Below, piece after piece: positions 31,095-40,525 of a stretch of DNA of 64,000 nt. How positions within the stretch are numbered: position 1 is the stretch's first letter; each line of letters begins with the position of its first letter. A program made the position numbers and the translations under genes. This stretch comes from an uncultured Methanomicrobiales archaeon (lineage in GTDB: Archaea > Halobacteriota > Methanomicrobia > Methanomicrobiales > Methanospirillaceae), in assembly GCA_963758915.1 (NCBI GenBank), contig CAVWXH010000003.1, forward strand, positions 160,001-224,000, read 5' to 3'. Below the pieces are notes generated by a model, which saw only the letters and a program-made list of their open reading frames with translations, was not told the DNA's origin and did not search any database.

Positions 31095-31429
31095 ATGAAG
31101 ATTATGTTTTACCGCAAAAGGGGCAACCCTCGACTCCCTGACAGAGGACAGGTTCGGACGTGCACCGTATTTTATCATTGTTGAGAGCGAGAACGGATCC
31201 TTTGAAGCAATCCAGAACCCGTACGCCGATGGTGCGGGAGGCGTTGGCCCAAAAGCAGCGCAGGTACTCATCGCGACACAATGTCAAGGCATTGATCAGC
31301 GGGCAGGTGGGCGGGAATGCACAGGAAGTGCTCGCTGCCGCAGGAATTGCGATGTACACGTACAATGCCGGCGGATCGGTGAAGGACGCATTCGACCAGT
31401 TCACGAACAATACCCTTGTACGCTCATAA
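31095..31429 (+). CDS. NifB/NifX-family Fe-Mo cluster-binding protein (one indel)
   Basis: MKIMFTAKG...DRFGRAPYFIIV...GAGGVGPKAAQ, then NVKALISGQVGGNA in the shifted frame. Confidence 0.85.
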
Positions 31430-31494
31430 CAGGGAGACGCAGGGAAGTATCGCGGCAGGAGACACGCCAATGAGATCACAAGGTGGATGAAGCC

Positions 31495-32350
31495 ATGAAA
31501 CTCGCAATTGCAAGCGGTAAGGGCGGTACCGGTAAGACCATGGTGGCCGCAAATCTTGCCTTCACGCTCTCCCGGACGGAACAGGTCACGCTTGTTGACT
31601 GCGATGTTGAGGAACCCAACCTCCACCTTTTCTTTCCGACAACTGCCACGACTAACGGAAATTACCGTACCGGTGCCGGTTATCGACGAAAACACCTGCC
31701 AGCATTGTGGACTATGCGGGGAGTTCTGCCAGTATCGGCGCGATGACGGTACTTTCTGACCGGGTCCTTTTCTTTCCCGAGCTCTGCCACTCCTGCGGGG
31801 GGTGCATGCTGGTCTGCCCGAATGACGCCATCCATGAAGAGCCAAAACGGATAGGGACCGTGGCAATTTCCACGCCTTTGCCCCACCTGAAACTTATTTC
31901 CGGGATGCTGGACACAGGGAATCCCTCATGCAGTGCCGGTTATCAGGGCTGCAAAAAAGCTGGCAGCAGGACGACCCCCTTGTGATCTGCGATTCGGCAC
32001 CAGGCACTTCCTGTCCGGTCGTCGAGACACTGGACGGGTGTGATGCCTGTATCCTTGTGACGGAATCAACGCCGTTCGGCCTGCACGACCTCCGGCTTGC
32101 CGTCGATGTCGCTGGCCGGCTGGGTATTCCCACAGGGATCGTCATCAACCGGAGCGATGGAAAGGACCAGGCAACACTCGAATTCTGCAGGGACCAGGAC
32201 CTTGAGGTGATGATGACCATTCCCTTCGACCGGGAGATTGCCGCCATCCAGAGCAGGGGAGATCTCCTCTGCCAGGTACAACCGGAATGGCAGAAGGCAT
32301 TTACCGCTCTGTTTGTTAAATGCAGCAAACTTGCCGGGGTGACCCGATGA
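31495..32350 (+). CDS. MinD-superfamily P-loop ATPase with inserted ferredoxin domain (several indels)
   Basis: SGKGGTGKT, DCDVEEPNLHLF, CQHCGLCGEFC, CHSCGGCMLVCP, DSAPGTSCP and TESTPFGLHDL across four ORFs. Confidence 0.85.
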
Positions 32351-33232
32351 TCCGGGTTGCGGTTATCAGCGGCAAGGGTGGGACGGGAAAGACAATGATC
32401 ACCGCTGCGCTTGCCCAGTTGCTCCCCGGAAGCCTCGTGCTTGCGGACTGCGATGTGGACGCAGCGAACCTTGAGCTACTCCTTTGCCCGGGACTCATCC
32501 GGACAGAACCGTTTATGGGGATGAAAACCGCGGTGATCGATCCCGCCTGCTGCAACCAATGCGGGGAGTGCATGGAGCACTGCCGGTTTGGTGCAATCGG
32601 ACATGACGGGGATCAATACAGGGTAAATCCGATCCGCTGTGAAGGGTGTGCCGTATGCGTCCATGTCTGTCCCATCGCCATCACGATGCAGCCACGACAG
32701 ACTGGAGAGGTGATGTATTCAGACACAGAACGGGGCCACCTTGTACATGCCAGGCTTGTGCCGGGCGCAGGCAACTCCGGTCTGCTCGTCCATGCGGTGA
32801 AAAAAACTGCCATGGAACGGGATCGGAATTGCGACCTTTTCCTGATCGATGGTCCACCCGGGACCGGTTGCCCGCTCATCTCCACGATCAGCGGCGTGGA
32901 TATTGTACTGATTGTAACTGAACCGAGTGTTTCAGGGTTACATGATCTCAAGCGGGTGGTAGCAGTCTGCAGGCAGTTCCGGCCACGGGTCCTTGTTGCC
33001 ATTAACAGGTTCGACCTGGAACAGCACACTTACTCAAGCAATACAAACATGGTGCAGTGAAGAGAATATTCCGGTAATCGGTAAGATCCCCTTTGATCCT
33101 GCAGTCATTGAATCAGTCCGGAAAGGAGTTCCCGTCACGCAGGCAGGAACATCTCCCGCAGCAGAAGCCATTCAAATGCTGAAGTCTAATCTTGAACAGG
33201 AGTTGATGCACTATAGAGACCAGCGGAAATGA
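32347..33232 (+). CDS. Second MinD-superfamily ATPase with ferredoxin domain (indel near 33025)
   Basis: SGKGGTGKT, DCDVDAANL, CNQCGECMEHC, CEGCAVCVHVCP, DGPPGTGCP and EPSVSGLHDL motifs. Confidence 0.87.
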
Positions 33233-33656
33233 GGGGGCCTGCTGCCGGCGGCGTGGAAGACCCCGGATGAACCGGTCATTTAATGGCTCACCATCTGCAC
33301 GGTGCTATGCGCCACGATGCGGCCCGGACAACAACGGGGAGTGTGTTTCGCTGCTCCCCGAAGAGCTGGCAGTACTTGACCTGATCGACCTTCAGGGCCT
33401 TGAGCAGGAAATGGCTGCAGCAGCACTTGGGATTTCCCGGAAGACGGTCTGGCGGGATATCCATGAGGCACACCGCAAGATCGCCGATGCTCTTGTTCAT
33501 GGTAAAGCCCTTGAGATTGGAGGATGCCTTCGCAGGAGAAACGGGATATGCCCGCTTCGGAATACAGGTATCTGCCCGAAAGATAAGGGTAGTAACGGTC
33601 ACCTCCAGCCAGATGACAGGGTGGACGCAGAACAGAGTGATATCTATCAGGAATAG
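33206..33656 (+). CDS. DUF134-family HTH DNA-binding protein (start uncertain)
   Basis: In-frame upstream CCRRRGRPR; EELAVLDLIDLQGLEQEMAAAALGISRKTVWRDIHEAHRKIADALVHGKALEI; Cys-containing tail. Confidence 0.85.
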
Positions 33657-33796
33657 CGATAGTAAATTCTGAGGAGGCTCGTTGGATCGAATAGTTTTTT
33701 TCCCCTATTCTTATTAAACGATGATTCATTGGCAGGCTATTTCTCTAAAAAATCCCTAACAGTAATAGAAAGTTTTCTCATCAGGAGCAAGTGACC

Positions 33797-34243
33797 ATGG
33801 GAGATACAATCAAACTCGGAATCATCATCTGCGACCGGTACCGGACCTGTGCAGGGGGCAAGTGCATGCGTGCGCTGCATAACCGTGAAGGCGCGTTTGA
33901 GCGGTACAAAGGAAAAGACGTGGAACTGGTCGGGTTTGCCACCTGTAACGGGTGCCCCGGCGGCAATGTCGAGTACGTACCCCAGGAGATGAAGAACAAC
34001 GGCGCTGAGGTCATCCACCTTGCTACAGGCATGATCGTCGGGTATCCTCCGTGTCCCCGGATTTCCTATTTTTCCAGGTTCATTAAAGAAAAATACGGGA
34101 TGGACGTCGTGGTCGGCACGCACCCGATCCCGGAAAAATATTATAAAACCCACCAGGAACTCGGCTCGTGGGATACAAACGCCTGGAAAGATCTCATCGC
34201 ACCAACGCTTTCTGACGAGAAAATGCGGCTCGCATATGATTAG
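33797..34243 (+). CDS. CGGC-domain protein
   Basis: IIICDRYRTCAGGKC, TCNGCPG, IHLATG, PPCP and VVGTH motifs. Confidence 0.85.
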   Translation: MGDTIKLGIIICDRYRTCAGGKCMRALHNREGAFERYKGKDVELVGFATCNGCPGGNVEYVPQEMKNNGAEVIHLATGMIVGYPPCPRISYFSRFIKEKYGMDVVVGTHPIPEKYYKTHQELGSWDTNAWKDLIAPTLSDEKMRLAYD

Positions 34244-34308
34244 GGAGTCCTTGAACTTTTGAAAAAAAAGTCTGGTCTTTATCATATCCCCACACCAACA
34301 GTCCACGG

Positions 34309-34620
34309 ATGACTACCCGATCGACCATGACCATTCCGGAAGCTGCTGGGGTGCTGGGTATTACCGGTAAGGAAAGCCTGAACGGAATTCATGCCCGATT
34401 CCATTCACTGATCAAAGAGTGGCACCCTGATGTCTCACAGCATGATCCTAACCTTTCCCATATCATGCTCATCCGCATAAAAGAGGCATATGTCATTCTG
34501 GTGGAGTACGGTATGAATTATGAATTGTCGTTCAAAGCAGAGGATATCAGGAAAGGCTCTGAATATGACTCAAAGGAGTTCTGGATGAGTCATTTTGGTG
34601 ATGACCCTATCTGGAACTGA
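34309..34620 (+). CDS. Small DnaJ (J-domain) protein
   Basis: LIKEWHPD (HPD motif), IKEAY, and C-terminal WMSHFGDDPIW. Confidence 0.75.
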   Translation: MTTRSTMTIPEAAGVLGITGKESLNGIHARFHSLIKEWHPDVSQHDPNLSHIMLIRIKEAYVILVEYGMNYELSFKAEDIRKGSEYDSKEFWMSHFGDDPIWN

Positions 34621-34798
34621 GTAATATCCACAAGCACATCCGGTACCTCCATCATTACGTAAAAAAAAAATTACATAGAATTTAACTCTGGCGTGGTAGG
34701 TACAACGGTTTACTCCCCGGATATCAGAATAAAAATTACTATGATGCAGGATTGCAGCCTGTCACACGATGGTTGCCCTTAACAATCTTTTTAAGTAT

Positions 34799-34820
34799 TT
34801 ATGCGCATATGAGTAATTAT
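34799..34820 (+). promoter_or_regulatory. Operator-like motif, copy 3
   Basis: TTATGCGCATATGAGTAATTAT directly after the TATA-like TTTTTAAGT. Confidence 0.75.
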
Positions 34821-34849
34821 GGTGCCTGAGTGGTACCAGGAGAATATCA

Positions 34850-35104
34850 ATGCCAGTATTAAATGGAACGGGACCACAAGGAAATGGTCCATTCGGCGGC
34901 AGAAGATTTCGCCGATGCCACATACCAGAGGTCCCCTCACAGGAACCGGTAACAGCGGCACTGCCAGATCAGGAAATCAATGTGGGTGTGGTATCACAGG
35001 ATTCCCCACAGAAGACAACATTATACGGCCGGGGCCGTGGTGGAGTGCCCTGTGGGTGCGGACCAGGTTTAGGTTTCAATGGCTCCAGGCGCCTCCAGAG
35101 ATAG
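34850..35104 (+). CDS. Small Gly/Arg-rich protein (DUF5320-like)
   Basis: MPVLNGTGPQGNGPFGGRRFRRC start and YGRGRGGVPCGCG; AGGAG upstream. Confidence 0.7.
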   Translation: MPVLNGTGPQGNGPFGGRRFRRCHIPEVPSQEPVTAALPDQEINVGVVSQDSPQKTTLYGRGRGGVPCGCGPGLGFNGSRRLQR

Positions 35105-35131
35105 TCCATTCAATATTTTTGAGGTTTTTTT

Positions 35132-35491
35132 ATGAAAGTTGCTATCGCAAAAGAAGGAGATATGGTATCCGAGCATTTCGGCCACTGTACTGAATATGCA
35201 GTGTTCGTTATCGAAAAGTCAAAGATCATCTCACGGGAAATTCTCGAGAGCCCCGGGCACGAGCCGGGAAAGTTGCCGCCATTCCTTGCCTCGCATAAGG
35301 TTACGCACGTCCTCGCAGGCGGCATGGGCCCACGGGCAGTAGACCTGTTCTGCGCAAATAATATCGAGGTTTTCCTTGGGGTACGGGGCAGGATCGATAC
35401 CGTGATTAAGGATTTCATAGCAGGAAACATCGCACAGGGTGAGAGCAGCTGCACCCATGGCGAAGAAGGGCACGAGTGCAGCGGGCATTAA
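35132..35491 (+). CDS. NifB/NifX-family protein with His/Cys tail
   Basis: MKVAIA...VSEHFGHC, GHEPGKLP, AGGMGPRA and tail CTHGEEGHECSGH. Confidence 0.88.
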   Translation: MKVAIAKEGDMVSEHFGHCTEYAVFVIEKSKIISREILESPGHEPGKLPPFLASHKVTHVLAGGMGPRAVDLFCANNIEVFLGVRGRIDTVIKDFIAGNIAQGESSCTHGEEGHECSGH

Positions 35492-35664
35492 CCCCCGTTG
35501 ATCACTGCACCACCCTCAGTGATGAGGATGCACTCCGCATTTTACTATGATGGGAAGGGAATCTTCATTCAATAGTTGAAAAACGGCCCCTCAATCGTAT
35601 AATTTGAATAAACTGGGATTAAGACAGTAAATACTCACGAGCACGATACCAGGATGAAATCATT

Positions 35665-36537
35665 ATGACCAAACCACAATCTTCCAAAGCATCGAGTTGC
35701 GATGAGAACTGCAGCTCATGCTCATCAGAACAAGCAACGCATGCCCAAAAAGGGCTTCCACCAAAAGCGAACATCGATGTGAAACATGTAATCCTTGTGT
35801 TGAGCGGCAAGGGAGGCGTTGGTAAATCAACCGTCGCCGTCAACCTTGCCTTTGCGCTTTCCAACCACGGAAGGAATACAGGGTTGCTCGACCTTGATTT
35901 CCACGGCCCCAGCATTCCGAAAATGCTCGGCATCGAAGACCAGAGGCCTGCTGTGCTTGATAAAGCCCTGGAGCCGGTCCATGTCACCGGCACCCTCGCG
36001 GTCATGTCAATGGCATTCCTGTTGCCGGACACGAGCAGCCCGGTGGTGTGGAGAGGGCCGATGAAGATGGCTGCAATCCAGCAGTTCCTTACTGAAGTGA
36101 ACTGGGGCCCGCTTGATTACCTGGTCGTCGATCTGCCACCAGGGACCGGAGACGAGGCACTGAGTATCGCGCAACTGGCCCCGAACCTGCGTGGTGCGGT
36201 CATCGTCACGACACCACAGGATGTCGCCGTCCTTGATGCCGTCAAGGCAATAAAATTTATCGAAAAACTGGAGATGCCGGTGATAGGAGTCATCGAAAAC
36301 ATGAGCGGGATGGTCTGTCCACACTGTGGGGTTACGATAGATCTGTTCGGCATGGGTGGCGGGGAGAAAGCAGCACATGATTTCGGCGTGCCTTACCTGG
36401 GAGCTATCCCCCTTGATCCGGCAATGGTAAAAGCAGGTGACGAAGGACGCCCGTACATCCTTCGCCATGCAGATTCACCCACCTGGAAAGCGGTGGATGC
36501 CGTGATGGAGAACCTGGTTAACGTGGTTGAGTCATAA
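35665..36537 (+). CDS. Mrp/NBP35 (ApbC) Fe-S carrier ATPase
   Basis: N-terminal CDENCSSC, SGKGGVGKST, WRGPMK, DLPPGTGDE and ENMSGMVCPHC motifs. Confidence 0.93.
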   Translation: MTKPQSSKASSCDENCSSCSSEQATHAQKGLPPKANIDVKHVILVLSGKGGVGKSTVAVNLAFALSNHGRNTGLLDLDFHGPSIPKMLGIEDQRPAVLDKALEPVHVTGTLAVMSMAFLLPDTSSPVVWRGPMKMAAIQQFLTEVNWGPLDYLVVDLPPGTGDEALSIAQLAPNLRGAVIVTTPQDVAVLDAVKAIKFIEKLEMPVIGVIENMSGMVCPHCGVTIDLFGMGGGEKAAHDFGVPYLGAIPLDPAMVKAGDEGRPYILRHADSPTWKAVDAVMENLVNVVES

Positions 36538-36582
36538 TGAAGATTATTTTTTTAATGGACCTTAATTGAACGTCACGAGGGT

Positions 36583-36897
36583 GTGCCTGGTATGGGAAGG
36601 TATTCCGGTATTCCCGAACTGCTCGAACAGTTCATGGATGAGCATGAGACTGATGAGCGGTGGATCACCGTTCACGAACTCCGTGACCGTTTCAACCTCA
36701 CACGGTACCAGTGTAATACCGTTTCCGGGTTCCTGCGCCGGCTCAAATTCGGGACATTCGGGCGGTTCCAGTTTATTGTCGTAACAATTGAGCGGGTGCA
36801 TGGTGCGAACCCGTCAGATCCTAAAAACTGCCGTTACCTGGTCAAGCGAAAAAGCTGGCTGCTTCAAAAGAACAGTCTGAACGAAAAGATGGAATGA
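36583..36897 (+). CDS. Hypothetical protein, possibly winged-helix
   Basis: Compact basic ORF (WITVHELRDRFNL...VSGFLRRL) with GAGG upstream; no family recognised. Confidence 0.55.
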   Translation: MPGMGRYSGIPELLEQFMDEHETDERWITVHELRDRFNLTRYQCNTVSGFLRRLKFGTFGRFQFIVVTIERVHGANPSDPKNCRYLVKRKSWLLQKNSLNEKME

Positions 36898-37225
36898 AAA
36901 CCTGGTAATTAAGAGATAATTACTCCACGAACTGATGACTACCTGATCGCCAACATCGCTGCATCCCATCTGCCCCGGGAACACCGCCAGTATCCTTCAC
37001 AGGTCCCGATCATTTGAGCGATACGCTGTGTCGGTCTTATCAGATTTTTAAGCCCGAATTCATGGAAAATCGTTGTATCAGTCTTCTAATCGGGAGTGCA
37101 TGGTTCTTTTTCCGTAAGAAAACGACCACCTGATTCGCAAATAGTTTATTCAAAAACGGGGCAGATACCCTGGATTGATAGTATGATTTTTGCATCGGTT
37201 GAGTGTGTTGTTAACAGTTCATCCC

Positions 37226-38428
37226 TTAATTATTCAATTGCCGGATAACCTCTTCTCGCACCTTGTTCAGGGGGATTTTCAATGTTCGTGCGATCTGTTT
37301 CAGGTCCTCGTATTCCGGCTTTTTAGCGATGATGCTGCCATTCACGGTGGAGGTCTTCACACTGATAGCAAATTCCTGCCCCCGGACTATTACCTTCATC
37401 GTTTGTCGGGAACGATGAGCGACTAACCTGGGAATATCAAGAATCCTCACGCCAAGAGTCCCGGTTTCTTCCATCAGAATTTCCATTAGCCCCGGGTAGT
37501 CCAGTTGATTCGTAATGACATGCAGGATCTGTACTGGCCGGTTCTTTTTTCCGGATGCCGTTGTGACATATACGTCAACGGCACCTGCTTCGCGGAGTCG
37601 TTCAAGCGTGTAACCGACGGTTTCTCCTGGGACGTCATCGAGATTAGTCTCGAGCATGATGATCCGGTCCTGGATAGCATCAAAATTTGTTCCTTCAACA
37701 ACTCTCAGGACAGAGGGCCTTTCCTTTATGCTCCGTGAACCTGTCCCATAACCTGTTTTCAACGGTGTCATGGGCGGATATGCATCGACAATTCTCTCTG
37801 CGAGGTTGGCAAAAATTGCGATTCCTGTCGGGGTAGACAACTCCGTATCCGCCGGAAATGATGAATACGGGACCTGGTGGCGACAGAGGATCTCTAATGT
37901 TGCAGGGGCCGGGCAGGCAATTTCACCGGTTGCAATCCGGGCAAACCCGGACCCAAGTACCGGAGGGGTCCCGTAAATTTGCCCTTCCAGAAATCCGTGG
38001 TGATCGAGAAGGGATATTGATCCGAGAATGTCAAAGAGCGTATCGACAGAAGCCATCTCGCGATGATGAAAACCGGAGCGATGGAGTTTCGCATCGGCTG
38101 CAAAAAGGTCAGAAATAATGGATTGTGTTTTTTGTTGTGCTGTCTCTGACAGGCCTGCCTTTTTTGCGATAGTGTCTGCTGAACTCCGCATATCGTCATG
38201 ATTCCTGTGATTTTTCTCCTTGATATCGAGGATAAGTTTCTTTGCAGAAATTCCACCTGCGTCGACATCCTGGACCTGGCAAGAAAAATGTTCACAGGAG
38301 GGTAGCTCGTTGATAGCATCCACCAGTGGAACGAGAAGATCGCCGGACCCCGTAAGGTCCACGAGCGCTGCAAGAAGCATATCTCCGGATATTCCGGCAA
38401 TTTTAGGGTCAATTACCAGGACTTTCAT
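37226..38428 (-). CDS. larC: LarC-family nickel insertion protein (divergent)
   Basis: AGISGDMLLAAL, PAPATLEIL, ELSTPTG, ETNLDD, KKNRP, ETGTLGVR and KPEYEDL motifs. Confidence 0.85.
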   Translation of the reverse strand: MKVLVIDPKIAGISGDMLLAALVDLTGSGDLLVPLVDAINELPSCEHFSCQVQDVDAGGISAKKLILDIKEKNHRNHDDMRSSADTIAKKAGLSETAQQKTQSIISDLFAADAKLHRSGFHHREMASVDTLFDILGSISLLDHHGFLEGQIYGTPPVLGSGFARIATGEIACPAPATLEILCRHQVPYSSFPADTELSTPTGIAIFANLAERIVDAYPPMTPLKTGYGTGSRSIKERPSVLRVVEGTNFDAIQDRIIMLETNLDDVPGETVGYTLERLREAGAVDVYVTTASGKKNRPVQILHVITNQLDYPGLMEILMEETGTLGVRILDIPRLVAHRSRQTMKVIVRGQEFAISVKTSTVNGSIIAKKPEYEDLKQIARTLKIPLNKVREEVIRQLNN

Positions 38429-38440
38429 GCCAGATATTTC

Positions 38441-40282
38441 CTATGCTGCCACGGGCTGGTTCAAACGGGTATAGATCTTTTTTGCGAGCCGGGCTACTTC
38501 AAACGCCCGGTCACGGGCACCGGGTATCGCCTTGGTAAGGTAGGCACCGGTTTCTGCCCGTTTTGATGCGGCCTTTGCATCTTCGCCAAGCAGGGTCGCG
38601 ACTGCTGCGGGTACTGTTACATTGATGATAGTATGGCCGATATATTGCAGTTCCTGGGTGAGTACAGCTCCTGCAAAAAGAGCCGTCCCCATATCCGGGT
38701 TTTCCCGGGCTTTTTCGTTGAGAGCGAATTCAGGGACGGCTTTTGCCGCCAGGTTTTCAATGTGGTACGGTTTACCATCAATGGTGATATCATAGGACAC
38801 ATGGGAGTCAAAGGCCCAGTACCTTTTGGTGAATTCGTCAGTCCGTCTCCCCTGTGGTTTTATTGTGGTAAATTTCAGTGAGATTTTATGACCGGTAAAC
38901 CCGGATAACACCGCTGAACCACGGGACTCGACTGCCGCTTTTCGTTCTTCATCGAGTGCTCGTGCCGCCTCTTCTACGGATTTACCTGCCTTCATCATCT
39001 CGTACACCGTTACTGCCCGGCGGTAGATTGCCCGGTCACGGACATCCTCGCTTGCAAGGATGCAGGCGTGGGAGACTGAACCCCTTGAAACCGTCTCGGC
39101 TTTCCGTGCGATGGTATTGAGTGAGCAGAGCGCCATCTCGGGGTCGATAAAGGAATTCATCTTATAATCGGTGATGGCTTCAGCAACAGGATATGGATCT
39201 CCCCTGTGTTTGATGAGCAGTCGAATTGCAGGCATGCAGTCCCCGCACACATGACCCAGGGGCGGGTTGACCGGACCTCCTGAGAACCCTGCTCCTATCA
39301 TCGGGGCCTCTTCAAAACCCGCAAATATTTCTTCGAATGCCATTGACGCAATGACTGAAGGGCCGCCGATATCTTTGAGTATGAGTCCGAAATCCCCGAT
39401 TACCCTGGCTGTATCATACTCCTCATGGGTCCCCCGGACATGGATCTTCGGGGGTAGTTTTGCTGCATCTCTCGCACCCTTTCCTGCAATATAGGCAGTA
39501 TCAACATCCCCGAAGGTCCCGAATTCCTCCCCGAGTGCTGCATCCGGATGAATCATCTCGAGCGCCACAGCCGCTCCAATAAGTGCCGGCCAGAGCGGGT
39601 ATGCAGTTATTCCGGCGCCATGCATGCTTTTCAATATCGCTTCGGTACCCACTCTTGCGGTATTGCTGGCAAGCTCGGGGATATTAATGTCCTCCCCAAG
39701 CGCACTGTGGCCGTAAATCGCCCCACCTGCAATGAATGGCGGAAGCACCGCCCCGTCCACCCGGGTGAGTTTCTTATCCATGAGCTCGTTATAGACAGCC
39801 AGGTACGCAGGGAATGCAGGTATTTTATGGGTAAACTTTCCCGTCGTGAGTGCGATTGCACTCGTCCGTGGCGCTCCCGCGTGCATCCTCGCGATCGCAC
39901 CGAGCTTCCGGTTCCCGAGGGGGACGCCTGACCGTGCACAGGAACCTGTGAAATAGGCTAGGGTTGCGACGATCAATGCCGCATTCTCGGGAGCTGCACC
40001 GGCCAGCATTGCCTGGCGGATCGCCTTTTGCATTACCATGTCAAGCGGCAGACTTCCCGCAGCAGCATCAACAAGAGTCATCCGGCTCAGAAGTTCCATA
40101 TCCGAGGAGCCTGTACTGCAGAATACGTCCTCTGCAAGTGAATTTGCTGCACAATAGACAGGTATTACTAATGATCCGTGCCCTTTGGTCGCCGCTTCAA
40201 GCTTGTCGTTTGTCATATAATCTGGTTTAAAGGTGGCTGCAGCCTGTGTAGCCAGTAAGATCTTCTCCCTCTCTTCGGTCAT
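38441..40282 (-). CDS. Uncharacterised 613-aa protein
   Basis: Long uninterrupted ORF, Ala/Gly-rich, ending 12 nt before larC. Motifs GVPLGNRKLGAIARM, GHSALGED, HPDA and GGPVNPPLGH. No family recognised. Confidence 0.8.
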   Translation of the reverse strand: MTEEREKILLATQAAATFKPDYMTNDKLEAATKGHGSLVIPVYCAANSLAEDVFCSTGSSDMELLSRMTLVDAAAGSLPLDMVMQKAIRQAMLAGAAPENAALIVATLAYFTGSCARSGVPLGNRKLGAIARMHAGAPRTSAIALTTGKFTHKIPAFPAYLAVYNELMDKKLTRVDGAVLPPFIAGGAIYGHSALGEDINIPELASNTARVGTEAILKSMHGAGITAYPLWPALIGAAVALEMIHPDAALGEEFGTFGDVDTAYIAGKGARDAAKLPPKIHVRGTHEEYDTARVIGDFGLILKDIGGPSVIASMAFEEIFAGFEEAPMIGAGFSGGPVNPPLGHVCGDCMPAIRLLIKHRGDPYPVAEAITDYKMNSFIDPEMALCSLNTIARKAETVSRGSVSHACILASEDVRDRAIYRRAVTVYEMMKAGKSVEEAARALDEERKAAVESRGSAVLSGFTGHKISLKFTTIKPQGRRTDEFTKRYWAFDSHVSYDITIDGKPYHIENLAAKAVPEFALNEKARENPDMGTALFAGAVLTQELQYIGHTIINVTVPAAVATLLGEDAKAASKRAETGAYLTKAIPGARDRAFEVARLAKKIYTRLNQPVAA

Positions 40283-40525
40283 TATTCAAACCCCGGTTTC
40301 TAATTGGTAATAGGTGGTGGTTCAGATAATAGTTGGGATGTGCAGCGGTCAATATTTACGCCCATTGTGGCCTCATTCGACCAAGCATTCACCCGCCTGG
40401 AGGTCCGCTTTATGGAGATCTGCTGTATGAGGTCCGATTTTTAATATTCACACATATTGCACAGGTTACCCGTATACCCGGGGCCATTGGTCACGATGAT
40501 GATATGAACCAATTAAAGGGGAGGG

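Noticed and set aside
28659-34820. The 22-bp repeat as a CRISPR array or transposon ends
   Set aside because: The copies are kilobases apart, in the same orientation and each at a promoter; there are no spacers, cas genes or transposase.
31095-35491. Nitrogen fixation locus
   Set aside because: Only NifB/NifX-like carrier domains are present; no nifH, nifD, nifK, nifE or nifN. The homocitrate synthase belongs to the aks operon.
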